Part shown: one piece after another, positions 34,892-43,825 of the stretch
Layout of the letters: every line of letters begins with the position of its first letter
Numbering within the stretch: position 1 is the stretch's first letter
Assembly: GCA_017539025.1 (NCBI GenBank)
Contig: JAFYHT010000061.1
Coordinates: 5,211 to 69,210 of the forward strand
Direction: 5' to 3'
DNA from: Erysipelotrichaceae bacterium
Lineage (GTDB): Bacteria > Bacillota_I > Bacilli_A > Erysipelotrichales > Erysipelotrichaceae
DNA: 64,000 bases
Position numbers and translations under genes: made by a program
Notes under the pieces: model-generated
Database searches by the model: none
Told to the model about the DNA's origin: nothing
Seen by the model: only the letters and a program-made list of their open reading frames with translations

Positions 34892-35452
34892 ATGGATGAC
34901 GAGAAAATCGTAGAACTCTACTGGAACAGAGATGAAACAGCCATCGCCGAAACAAAGAATAAGTACGGCAACTATTGTTTTTCCATCTCCCGTTCCATCC
35001 TTCACAACCAGCAGGATTGTGAAGAGACACTGGACGATACCTGGCTTGCGACATGGAATGCCATTCCGCCCCATCATCCGACAAATCTTTCAACTTTCAT
35101 CGGAAAGATCTGCCGCAGACTCTCCCTCAACAAGTGGAGATCCCTCTCGGCTGAAAAACGAGGCGGCGGAGAAGTCCCTGTCTCACTCGATGAACTGGAA
35201 GAGTGTATCCCTGATGAAAAGTCACTAAGGGAAACGCTGGAAGAAAAGATGATCGCGGAAAGTATCGACGAATTCTTAGAAACACTAAAAGAAACGGAAC
35301 GCAAGGTCTTTGTCTGCCGTTACTGGTACTTCGATTCCATCGAAGACATTTCAGCACGCTTCCACTTTACTCAGAGTAAGACCAAAATGATGCTGAAAAG
35401 GACCAGAGACAAACTCAAAGACCATCTGATCAAGGAAGGAGTGATCGCATGA
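34892..35452 (+). CDS. RNA polymerase sigma-70 family (ECF-type) sigma factor
   Basis: 186 aa from the ATG at 34892 (AAAGGAG 7 nt upstream). Region 2 (..DDTWLATW..) and a region 4 HTH (..FDSIEDISARFHFTQSKTKMMLKRTRDKL). Confidence 0.85.
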   Translation: MDDEKIVELYWNRDETAIAETKNKYGNYCFSISRSILHNQQDCEETLDDTWLATWNAIPPHHPTNLSTFIGKICRRLSLNKWRSLSAEKRGGGEVPVSLDELEECIPDEKSLRETLEEKMIAESIDEFLETLKETERKVFVCRYWYFDSIEDISARFHFTQSKTKMMLKRTRDKLKDHLIKEGVIA

Positions 35453-36522
35453 AAAAATCAGAAAAACTCGCAGATGCCATCGGCATGATCGATGACAGAT
35501 ATATCGAAGAAGCACATTCAAAAACAAAAAAGAAATTCAAATTTGACTTCTCATGGGCGACGATGGGAAAGATCGCAACAGCAGCCTGTGCATTATTATT
35601 GGTCATAAACATCTTCCCTGTCCTCTTCCATTCCTATTCAGATAAGGAAGCTGCCTCAGATTCCTATTACAGCAACAGCTACTACTCCTATGAAGCTAAA
35701 GATGAAGGCTATCTGAGTGCTCCAGCCTCAGCAGGAAATGCCTACTACGATGGAGAATATGCCATGGCAGAAGAAGCTCCTATGGAAATGGAAGCGCAGG
35801 AAACACCAGCACCGCTCCCAGGCAGTAATTCACAAGTCGATGCCAGACAGAACAAGAAACTGATCCTGACTTCCTACATGAATATGGAAACGCAAGACCT
35901 GGATGCCTTACTGGAAACGGTCAATCCGGCAATCTCCAAGTATGGCGGATATGTACAGAGATCATCAATCTCCAACAGAGGAAACTCCCGCTACTATGAA
36001 GCCGTGATCAGGGTCCCGGCAGAAAACTATACAGCGTTCTTGGAAGAAGTGAGAGCTTCAGGAAACTCTACATACTATTCCGAAGAAACAAAAGACATCA
36101 CCGATTCCTATACAGACATTCAGGCACGTCTGACTTCCTTAAAAACACAGGAAGCGAAAGTCCTGGAATTCTATGACAAAGCAGAAAGCATCGATGACCT
36201 GATGTCCATTGAAGCGAGATTATCCGACATCCAGTATGAGATCGGATACTACGAAGCACAGATCAAGAACTATGATCTCCTGGTAACTTATTCAACACTC
36301 AATCTTAATGTCACAGAAACAAAAGTCTACACTCCTGTCTCAACAAGCTTCTTTGCGAGACTTGGCAGATCCTTCGTCAATGGTTTCAAGAATTTCATCG
36401 GCGGGATCGAAGACTTCATCATCGATGTCACCTACAATATCTGGACGATCATCCTTCTGATCGCGCTTGGATATGGCGGATATCGTCTCTACAGATTCAT
36501 CAGAAACAGAAAATCAAGATAA
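35449..36522 (+). CDS. DUF4349-domain membrane protein, probable cognate anti-sigma/partner
   Basis: ATGA overlap with the sigma gene. One TM after a short cytoplasmic N-terminus, a DUF4349-like core (..KLILTSYMNMETQDLD..GGYVQRSS..VIRVPAENY..DITDSYTDIQARL..) and a C-terminal TM. Confidence 0.7.
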   Translation: MKKSEKLADAIGMIDDRYIEEAHSKTKKKFKFDFSWATMGKIATAACALLLVINIFPVLFHSYSDKEAASDSYYSNSYYSYEAKDEGYLSAPASAGNAYYDGEYAMAEEAPMEMEAQETPAPLPGSNSQVDARQNKKLILTSYMNMETQDLDALLETVNPAISKYGGYVQRSSISNRGNSRYYEAVIRVPAENYTAFLEEVRASGNSTYYSEETKDITDSYTDIQARLTSLKTQEAKVLEFYDKAESIDDLMSIEARLSDIQYEIGYYEAQIKNYDLLVTYSTLNLNVTETKVYTPVSTSFFARLGRSFVNGFKNFIGGIEDFIIDVTYNIWTIILLIALGYGGYRLYRFIRNRKSR

Positions 36523-36525
36523 AAC

Positions 36526-36553
36526 AAAACCTCGCAAATCCGAGGTTTTCTTA
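36526..36553 (+). terminator. Rho-independent terminator
   Basis: AAAACCTCG-caaatc-CGAGGTTTT followed by CTTAT. Confidence 0.8.
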
Positions 36554-36597
36554 TATTTCAGCCAGTTGTATAATTCTATGTCTTTTTGATTATCTGT

Positions 36598-37314
36598 CTA
36601 TTCTAAACCGAATCTGGCAGCCGCCTGATCAATTGCTTCCCTGCACTTTCTGACACCCTGTGCAATTCCATCCGGATCCTTGAAGATTGCAGAAGACAAT
36701 ACAATAACATCTGGGGTGCATTCGATCAAAGGCTCCATATTATCAGATCTTAGACCGCCATCCAATGCAAGTTCACATCTTGGATTCTTCTCATCGATCA
36801 TCTTTCGGGCTTCCTTAACCATTCTTGTTACACTTCTGCGCCAGCCCCAGTTATCAGCACCGTCTGTTGAATCAACGCCATGTGTCACGATCTGCAAACG
36901 ATCAATATCATAAATCGATTCTTCAACAAAACACAGAGGTGTATAACAACCTACTGTCAGACCGATCTTCATATTTCTCTCTCTGCACCAGTTGATGATA
37001 TAAGCAAGTTCCGCTCCTAAAAACCTCTCTGCAGGCAGTATCAGCATGTTTGCACCGGCATCATGCATCTGATCAATAAACATAATATCCATATTTCTCG
37101 TATAGAAATGGACCTCAATGGGCTTCTCTGTGACCGGACGGATCCCTTTAACGACCTGCCAGCCGCCCATCAGTTTCATATTCTGCAGATCATACATATC
37201 TGCCGCATCCGAATGGATGTAATCAACACCCGCATCGCTCGCCTGCTTGACTACATCAGCGATATTTCCGTAATTCACATGTGCCAGACCAGCCGCAATT
37301 TTTATATGTTTCAT
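36598..37314 (-). CDS. Ribulose-phosphate 3-epimerase-family (RPE-like) TIM-barrel protein
   Basis: 238 aa from the ATG at 37314 (AAAGGAGA SD). RPE-like metal/catalytic positions are IHSDAADM, EVHFY, THGVD, ALDGG, VLSSAIF. Confidence 0.65.
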   Translation of the reverse strand: MKHIKIAAGLAHVNYGNIADVVKQASDAGVDYIHSDAADMYDLQNMKLMGGWQVVKGIRPVTEKPIEVHFYTRNMDIMFIDQMHDAGANMLILPAERFLGAELAYIINWCRERNMKIGLTVGCYTPLCFVEESIYDIDRLQIVTHGVDSTDGADNWGWRRSVTRMVKEARKMIDEKNPRCELALDGGLRSDNMEPLIECTPDVIVLSSAIFKDPDGIAQGVRKCREAIDQAAARFGLE

Positions 37315-37348
37315 TTTCGTCTCTCCTTTACGCATTCATCTTATGTTG

Positions 37349-37380
37349 AAAAAATCCTTTTTACAATACGGTAAAAAGGA
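37349..37380 (-). terminator. Strong Rho-independent terminator after the PRD-regulator gene, lying inside the promoter region of the RPE-like gene
   Basis: Minus strand reads TCCTTTTTAC-cgtatt-GTAAAAAGGA followed by TTTTTTC. Confidence 0.75.
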
Positions 37381-37396
37381 CTATTCAAGCACAATG

Positions 37397-37408
37397 ATGT
37401 GGCAATTA
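37397..37408 (-). promoter_or_regulatory. 12-mer TAATTGCCACAT, candidate operator (copy 1, upstream of the RPE-like gene)
   Basis: Identical 12-mer to 40277..40288, in the orientation of the downstream gene. It ends 82 nt before the ATG. A TAAGAT -10-like hexamer sits at the same offset as TATAGT in copy 2. Confidence 0.5.
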
Positions 37409-37416
37409 TTAAACAT

Positions 37417-38925
37417 TTATCTGACCTTCTCCGGATCGTTCTTCTGCTTATCAAATTCCCTGATGACCTTCTTCAAGCGGCTGATGTCACTCTGATACAG
37501 GATCGGATTGATCACTACAACATTTCCTTTGGCGTTGTTGATCATCTTTTCCGTTGAAAGGATGAGATCATATTCCGAATTGTTCAGTTCATTCAGATTT
37601 GCAAAATTGAACGTCTTTATCAGATCGATCTCCGGAAAGCTTCGCTTGATTTTTGCCTGCAGAAGCTGAGTAGCCCCTTCTCCGGTAGTAGAAACCAGTG
37701 CAGCCTGTAAAGGCTTTTTCCTTCTTTCCAGAGCTGCAGCAAGATATAGTGTAAGGAAGCCTTTCTCCTCTTCAGATACTTCACACGCAAGATGATTCTT
37801 CAGAATGTAGGAAGATCTGTCAATAATCTTCAAAGTATTGGGGTAGACTGAATGAATGTCATCCATTAAAGAATTATCAATCCCGATCCCGTGTTTCAAG
37901 CGTGTGCTTGCGGAACTCAGATAATTCCTGACTCCACTTAAAAGATTTGCATCATCGTTGAGATCCGTATTCAGATTTTTTGACCAGAAGCTGATCAGCT
38001 CTTTCGCAATCTTTTCATTTTCCGTTTCTTCATTTTCACTGCTGTGTAAGGACAAAAGGAAAACCTGCAGATACCTGGCTTCTATCTCTTCAAATCTTAT
38101 TTTGTAATATGTCTGAAGCGCATCTAGAAGATACCTTGCTTCTTCATAAAACGGTCTTTGTTTCAATTCTTCAACAAACAGATCTGACAAGCTGATAATG
38201 TGATCCCCTTTAACTCTTAAAAACATAACCAGGATCATCAAAACGATCTGAGACAAATCATCCGGGTTCAGAACATGAAGATATGGACTTTTCGCATCTT
38301 CAAGTACTTTAATGAACTCACGAATCTCATCGTCGTTAAGATCCAGTGCCTCAAATATCATCGAACCGTCTGGTTCGCTGCCTGTATGCTTTACCATTTC
38401 ATAGAATTTTGAAAAGCCCTTGCTTTCAAGAAGCAGTTCATCCATTGCCTGGCGGATGTTTTTCTCGCTGCCTTCAATTGTCACTGCCCGGTTGTGCTGA
38501 CGAATCAGTTTCAGTTTCCTTTTCCTGAAATCCTTTTCCAGATCATTCAGGTCCTTGTGGATCGTCGCTCTTGAAACATAGAGCTCTTCTGCTGTTTCAA
38601 AGATCCTGAATCCGTTTTCATACAGTAGCTTCAGCCCCAGATAATTCATACGGTCTTCTTTGGAATAGGAAAAACGCTCATTCTGATGATACAAAGAATC
38701 TCTCAGATGCAATTTGATATCCTCGTCTCCCTCGATCGTGATACCCGCGCCTGTCTTTTTGATCAGTGTCAAACCCTCTGTTTCAATCTTTTCCTGTACA
38801 AGTTCCAGGTCGTTTCTGATTGTTTTGTTGGAAACTTTCAAAAGATCTGCGATTTCATTGATCGTAATAAACCCGTCTTGATTAAGAAGGATACGGATTA
38901 TTTCGCCTGTACGGTTGTTTTTCAT
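37417..38925 (-). CDS. PRD-domain transcriptional regulator (LicR/MtlR/ManR-type: HTH-Mga-PRD-EIIB-like; 'BglG family')
   Basis: 502 aa from the ATG at 38925 (the track start 38985 is TTG). N-terminal HTH ..ITINEIADLLKVSNKTIRNDL.., a second Mga-like HTH, PRD region, and C-terminal EIIB-like ..AALVSTTGEGATQLL... Confidence 0.85.
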   Translation of the reverse strand: MKNNRTGEIIRILLNQDGFITINEIADLLKVSNKTIRNDLELVQEKIETEGLTLIKKTGAGITIEGDEDIKLHLRDSLYHQNERFSYSKEDRMNYLGLKLLYENGFRIFETAEELYVSRATIHKDLNDLEKDFRKRKLKLIRQHNRAVTIEGSEKNIRQAMDELLLESKGFSKFYEMVKHTGSEPDGSMIFEALDLNDDEIREFIKVLEDAKSPYLHVLNPDDLSQIVLMILVMFLRVKGDHIISLSDLFVEELKQRPFYEEARYLLDALQTYYKIRFEEIEARYLQVFLLSLHSSENEETENEKIAKELISFWSKNLNTDLNDDANLLSGVRNYLSSASTRLKHGIGIDNSLMDDIHSVYPNTLKIIDRSSYILKNHLACEVSEEEKGFLTLYLAAALERRKKPLQAALVSTTGEGATQLLQAKIKRSFPEIDLIKTFNFANLNELNNSEYDLILSTEKMINNAKGNVVVINPILYQSDISRLKKVIREFDKQKNDPEKVR

Positions 38926-38976
38926 GATTTTATGATATTTTATGAAAGAAGGCTTGTCAAAAAGGGGGTGAGACAC

Positions 38977-40275
38977 ATGAAACAAATCGGTAAGAAAATT
39001 AATGAGTTCGAAAACACATATCTAAATGATCTTCAAAAACTGATCAGGATCCCTTCAGTTCATCAGGATAGATCAGGAAAGGAAGAACCTTTTGGAAAAG
39101 AGATCAGAAACTGTTTTGATGAATTTCTGAAGATTGGAGAAAGACTTGGCTTTGAAAGCTTTGACGATGAAGGCTATGCATGCGGATTTGTGATGGGTGA
39201 AGGAAATGAAGAAATAGCCGTACTGGGGCATCTTGATGTGGTAGATGCCGGAGACCCATCCTTATGGAATGATCCGCCATATCAGCTCAGCAATCACGAC
39301 GGTATCCTTTATGGTAGAGGAGTCAATGACGATAAGGGGCCTTTGCTGGCGGCATTATATGCTATGTATCTGCTGAAACAGAAAGGCCTGCCTTTCAGAA
39401 GAAAGATCAGACTGATTGCCGGGGGAGCGGAAGAAACGACATGGGAAGGAATCAGACACTATTTTGAAAAATACCCCCAGCCGCTATTCGGTTTTTCCCC
39501 AGACGGGGATTTCCCAATTGTCAACGGTGAAATGGGAATCATGAAATTCTCCTTCCTCTTCGATATGAATGATTCAGAGATATCAATCGTTTCCGATACG
39601 CCTAATAATCTTGTCTGCGATCACATCATCTATAAAGACAATGAAACAGTCAGGGAATACCATGGTAAAAGAGCGCTTTCCAGACACCCTGAAAGAGGAC
39701 AGAATGCTGTATGGCAATTCGTTGAAGACGATATCCCGGTCAGGAATGAAACCTTAAAAAACTGTATTGATTTGCTGAAAAGATACTTTGCGCATGATAA
39801 CAAGGGAATGAAATCCGGACTTTATGCAAACGATGAAAAAATGGGAGAAAGCAGTCTGTGTCTGACAAAAATGTATACAGACAATCACATCTTGATTGTA
39901 AAATTGGATCTTCGCTACCCTGCAACTCTTAAAACAGAAGAGATCAAAGCCAAGTTGGAAGAAATCGCCAAGCAGGCTGACGCAAGACTTCAGATCGATG
40001 AAGAAAAGAAATGCCTCTATCTTGATGAAAACAGTGAGTTTATCAAAGCCTTAAAGGATTCCTATGAGATAGTAATAGGTGAAAAAGCGGATTGTATCGT
40101 CAAAAAAGGAGCCTCCTATGCAAGAGCTTTGGAAATCGGGGTTGCCTTTGGTGCATCCTTCCCAGGTGAAGTATCAGATTGTCATATGCCAAATGAGAAG
40201 ATGCCTCTTTCATCTTTAAAAAAAGCAATCGAAATCTATTATGAAGCATTATATCGACTGACAATAAAAAGTTGA
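38977..40275 (+). CDS. M20-family metallodipeptidase (PepV/Sapep-like)
   Basis: 432 aa from the ATG at 38977 (AGGGGG SD). Contains LGHLDVVDAGD, GRGVNDDKGP, AGGAEETTW, FSPDGDFPIVNGEMG. Confidence 0.85.
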   Translation: MKQIGKKINEFENTYLNDLQKLIRIPSVHQDRSGKEEPFGKEIRNCFDEFLKIGERLGFESFDDEGYACGFVMGEGNEEIAVLGHLDVVDAGDPSLWNDPPYQLSNHDGILYGRGVNDDKGPLLAALYAMYLLKQKGLPFRRKIRLIAGGAEETTWEGIRHYFEKYPQPLFGFSPDGDFPIVNGEMGIMKFSFLFDMNDSEISIVSDTPNNLVCDHIIYKDNETVREYHGKRALSRHPERGQNAVWQFVEDDIPVRNETLKNCIDLLKRYFAHDNKGMKSGLYANDEKMGESSLCLTKMYTDNHILIVKLDLRYPATLKTEEIKAKLEEIAKQADARLQIDEEKKCLYLDENSEFIKALKDSYEIVIGEKADCIVKKGASYARALEIGVAFGASFPGEVSDCHMPNEKMPLSSLKKAIEIYYEALYRLTIKS

Positions 40276-40276
40276 T

Positions 40277-40288
40277 TAATTGCCACAT
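40277..40288 (+). promoter_or_regulatory. 12-mer TAATTGCCACAT, candidate operator (copy 2, upstream of the PTS EIICB gene)
   Basis: Ends 84 nt before the EIICB ATG. An extended -10 TGTTATAGT (40341-40348) follows, with no good -35, which looks activator-dependent. Confidence 0.5.
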
Positions 40289-40372
40289 TAATTTGGAATA
40301 ATGCGTACTAATTGGACTATAGAAGTTCACGACCGGCTTTGTTATAGTGAAATCACGAAAGGGGTTACAACT

Positions 40373-41959
40373 ATGAAAAACTTACAAGCAAAACTTCAGA
40401 CATTTTCCGGAGCTATGATGGTTCCTGTTATCCTCCTTGTCCTGGTCGGCTTCTTTGTTGGTATCGGTGCAGCATTCACTAACTACATCCTCCCGCAGGG
40501 AACACTTCTTTACAAGCTGTTCTCAATGGTTTCCAACCTGGGCTTTCTGTTTATGAACAATCTTCCGTTATGGTTTGCGGTGGCGGTCTCCTTCACTCTT
40601 GCAAAGAAGGAAAAAGGCTGGGCAGCATTTGCCGGTCTTGTCACCTTCTACTGCTACATCAGAGGCATTCAGGGTTGGGCTGCAATGCTTGGATACACAG
40701 CCGAAACAGTCTCTGTTGATGCTCTGATGGCAGCCGGTTACAGCGAACAGGCTGCACTCAACTTCAACGCCTTATGGGATACAAACATAGGTATGTTCTC
40801 ATACAACATGGGTATCTTCTCCGGTTTGATCTCAGGTCTTGTCACGGCAACGATCCATAATCGTTTTGTAGATAAGACTCTTCCGAATATGTTTGCCTTT
40901 TTCCAGGGAACAAAATACGTCATCATTGTATGTACCCTGGCATCAATTCCATTGGCAATCTTAACTTACTACGTATGGCCGTACTTAGGAAGTGCTCTTC
41001 AGTCTTTGACGAATGTTATGACTTCTTCCGGCTTGTTTGGAACATGGTTATTCGGAACGATGGATAAGGCTTTACTGCCGTTTGGAATCCACCATCTGAT
41101 TGCCTTCCCGATTGAATACTCAAGGGTTGGCGGAACGATGACTATTGATGGCGTTGTTTACGAAGGCGTTAAGAACATTATCAACGGTCAGGCAGCCAGC
41201 GCTTCAGCTACTGGCTACATCACCAGAAACTTCACAAACGGAAGACTGCTGTTCCAGCTGGCAGGAATTCCTGGTGCAGCCTATGCAATGTATCGCTGTG
41301 CAAAACCGGAAAACAGAAAAGCACTTCAAGCACTGTTTATCCCGGCAGTATTTACACTGGCAGTCGTCGGTATCTCTGAGCCGTTTGAATACACATTCCT
41401 GTTTGCGGCTCCAGCATTATACTGGCTGGTATATGCACCATTATGCGGTTTATGCTATGTACTTGCAGAAGTATTCAAGATCTCTATCAACGGAACAGCT
41501 CTTCTGTTCATGATCCCGAACATCTTCCAGCCTCATAAAGTCCATGCGATCCATGCATTATGGCTGTTGCCTTTGACCTTCTTCCTGTTCTACTTCGTAT
41601 TCAAGTTCTGCATTGAGAAGTTTGATCTCAAAACTCCCGGCAGAGGAGACAGCGAAGTACATCTCTTCTCAAAGAAAGAATACAACGAAAGCAAAAACGA
41701 AAAAAACGCCGATTATTCTTTAGAAGAGAAGATCATCGAAGCACTCGGAAGCAGCGAAAACATTGAAAGTGTAACTTGCTGTGCAACCAGACTCCGTGTC
41801 ACTCTGAAAGACGATTCCCTGATCGAATCCGATGATTTTTTCAAAAAAGAATGCGAAGCCATCAACGTTGTTCACGGTAAGAACAGTGTCCAAATCATTT
41901 ATGGAGTCAGAGTACAGAGCATAACTACCAAGATCAAGGATATCCTTCATCTGGATTAA
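40373..41959 (+). CDS. PTS glucose-superfamily EIICB component, alpha-glucoside (GlvC/MalP/AglB)-like
   Basis: 528 aa from the ATG at 40373 (GAAAGGGG SD). EIIC core (..FQGTKY.., ..FGIHHL.., ..ISEPFEYTFLF..), linker ..LFSKKEYNESKNEK.., and C-terminal EIIB with CCATRLRV. Confidence 0.85.
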   Translation: MKNLQAKLQTFSGAMMVPVILLVLVGFFVGIGAAFTNYILPQGTLLYKLFSMVSNLGFLFMNNLPLWFAVAVSFTLAKKEKGWAAFAGLVTFYCYIRGIQGWAAMLGYTAETVSVDALMAAGYSEQAALNFNALWDTNIGMFSYNMGIFSGLISGLVTATIHNRFVDKTLPNMFAFFQGTKYVIIVCTLASIPLAILTYYVWPYLGSALQSLTNVMTSSGLFGTWLFGTMDKALLPFGIHHLIAFPIEYSRVGGTMTIDGVVYEGVKNIINGQAASASATGYITRNFTNGRLLFQLAGIPGAAYAMYRCAKPENRKALQALFIPAVFTLAVVGISEPFEYTFLFAAPALYWLVYAPLCGLCYVLAEVFKISINGTALLFMIPNIFQPHKVHAIHALWLLPLTFFLFYFVFKFCIEKFDLKTPGRGDSEVHLFSKKEYNESKNEKNADYSLEEKIIEALGSSENIESVTCCATRLRVTLKDDSLIESDDFFKKECEAINVVHGKNSVQIIYGVRVQSITTKIKDILHLD

Positions 41960-41975
41960 GAAATCCTCAGATAAA

Positions 41976-42003
41976 ATATGGGCACAGAATTCTGTGCCCA
42001 TAT
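41976..42003. terminator. Bidirectional terminator (perfect 28-nt palindrome) between convergent genes
   Basis: ATATGGGCACAG-aatt-CTGTGCCCATAT. Confidence 0.8.
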
Positions 42004-42029
42004 TAATCATTATTGAAACATCGGTATTC

Positions 42030-43811
42030 TTATGTATTTGATACAAAGTCGAAGTTGACGACAGCGCCATCCTGGCTTGGGAAGTAGTCGAATCCGACAT
42101 ACTTATCCAAAGCTTCGTTGTAGTAGGCAAAGTTCTTTAAAGAACCAAGTGAATCCGGATTCCAGTATATGAATCCGGCTTCTTCCATTACAGCTGTATA
42201 TTCATCCAGGAACTGCTCAGCCTCTGCTTCTGAAGAGAAAGTCTTTGAAACTGACAGGAAGAGTTTCCCTTGAAAATCACGCGTCATCTTGTGATAGTTC
42301 GTGATATCTCTGCAGGTGAAATTATCTCCCAGTTCTACCTCAGGCAGGCCGGCATCTTCGATCAGCTTTTCTGCCTCTGATGCAGTGAATTCTTTTTCAT
42401 TCCTGAACTCCAGAACGACTTTTCCATCGTCATTCGGGAAGTATCTGAAGAGGCTGACTCCGTTTTCGGATTCAAAACGGCCTTCTTCACTGTCCGGAGA
42501 ATAGGAACTCTTGTAGCCCTTTGCTTCAAGCTGTTTGCCATACGCGTCCAGATACTCATGCAAAACATCTTCATCTTCACACTCTACCGGAATCAGTAAG
42601 GACAGATCATAGTCGAAGAAGAAGAGCCATGATTCACTTCTCTCTGCTGCCGTATCTTTTCCATACCACTCAGAGATCAGATCCGTTTCAGGAAGCCTCA
42701 GGAAACCGTTTTTCTCTAAAACTTCATTGATCTGATCCAGTGAAGTATATTCCGGCGTATCGTAATAACGCTCAGCTTCCAATACAAAACCATTTTCGTA
42801 GTAAGGATATATAGATGCATAGCTCTTGTATTTCTCTCTTAAGAGTTTGCGGTATACCGTTACTTCACTTCCATCATCCAGAGTCTGTTTTGTCTCGACA
42901 AAACCATTCTCCACTAAGGTCTTCTTGTAGTTTTCGACATCCTCTTCACTGGCATGTGCATCTGTCAGACGGATCGCTTCATTGTTGTTGAAGACCTCCT
43001 CATCAAAGATCATCGCATAGCTCGAGAAATCAGGGAATGGGATCTCCTTGCCATAGCCGGGGAGGAAGACAGAATTCAGATAGAAAAGATCAGAATCGGT
43101 CCAGGCAGTCCTTGTTTCAGGATAGACTGGTTCCTTGAGCCAGGCATCAACTGCCGGATCGGATTCCGCTGTACCGAAGTTCAGTGTCAGATCCAGATCA
43201 TCGAAATAGATACGTGCTACCAGATCATCATCGATCTCGGCTGTAAAATGCACGACATTTGGATCCACTTCATCAAATTCCATATACACTTCATGCATCA
43301 GCATCATCGCTCTTTCCGTATATCCGGCAAGCTCGACCAATGTGGATTTGACATAGTCTTCATTGGATTGGAACTGCAGAGGCTTTTCTACATCGTTGTA
43401 GAAGAGTTCAAACATGTTTCCGTTAGTGATGGTGATCCAGTTATTCGGCAAAAGGTTTCTTGCCGTAGAGATCGCATTTTCCGTAGAAACGAAAGCGATG
43501 TCTTCAACCGTGTTTTCTCCCAAGATGCCTTCAAATGTTTCACCCTTTGAAGTCATGAACGCAAAATCATCCGGTCCTTCAAAATGATATCTGAAATACA
43601 CGACATCAGGAGAAAGGACTGTCGTCTTGACATAGTCTTTCGCATCGACCACATAGTTTCCTGCTTCCAGCTTCTTGACGAAATTGTCCATCGCAAGCTC
43701 GGAGATCTCTGCCGGAGAAAGTTCCGGCTGAGCTTCTTCTTCCTGCTTATTAGTGCAGGCACATAAGAAGAACAAAAGCAGTACAGTGATCACAATCTTA
43801 ATTTTTCTCAT
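42030..43811 (-). CDS. Large lipoprotein of unknown function with repeated 'helix-x-G-F/Y/L' modules
   Basis: ATG at 43811 with a GGAG SD. Lipobox ..VLLLFFLCAC. Recurrent ..TLVENGFVE.., ..VLEKNGFLR.., ..QLEAKGYKS.., ..LIEDAGLPE.., ..VMEEAGFIY... Confidence 0.7.
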   Translation of the reverse strand: MRKIKIVITVLLLFFLCACTNKQEEEAQPELSPAEISELAMDNFVKKLEAGNYVVDAKDYVKTTVLSPDVVYFRYHFEGPDDFAFMTSKGETFEGILGENTVEDIAFVSTENAISTARNLLPNNWITITNGNMFELFYNDVEKPLQFQSNEDYVKSTLVELAGYTERAMMLMHEVYMEFDEVDPNVVHFTAEIDDDLVARIYFDDLDLTLNFGTAESDPAVDAWLKEPVYPETRTAWTDSDLFYLNSVFLPGYGKEIPFPDFSSYAMIFDEEVFNNNEAIRLTDAHASEEDVENYKKTLVENGFVETKQTLDDGSEVTVYRKLLREKYKSYASIYPYYENGFVLEAERYYDTPEYTSLDQINEVLEKNGFLRLPETDLISEWYGKDTAAERSESWLFFFDYDLSLLIPVECEDEDVLHEYLDAYGKQLEAKGYKSSYSPDSEEGRFESENGVSLFRYFPNDDGKVVLEFRNEKEFTASEAEKLIEDAGLPEVELGDNFTCRDITNYHKMTRDFQGKLFLSVSKTFSSEAEAEQFLDEYTAVMEEAGFIYWNPDSLGSLKNFAYYNEALDKYVGFDYFPSQDGAVVNFDFVSNT

Positions 43812-43825
43812 AAACAAACTCCATT

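Noticed and set aside
38686-38976. 5' extensions of track ORFs: peptidase 38686.., EIICB 40301.., EIIA 26834.., sigma 34868.., ATPase ..48241, EIIC ..59336, regulator ..38985.
   Set aside because: The extensions overlap neighbouring genes or lack an SD. Internal ATGs preceded by GGAGG/AGGGG-type SDs give proteins that begin where homologues begin. Several track starts are TTG codons rendered as M.
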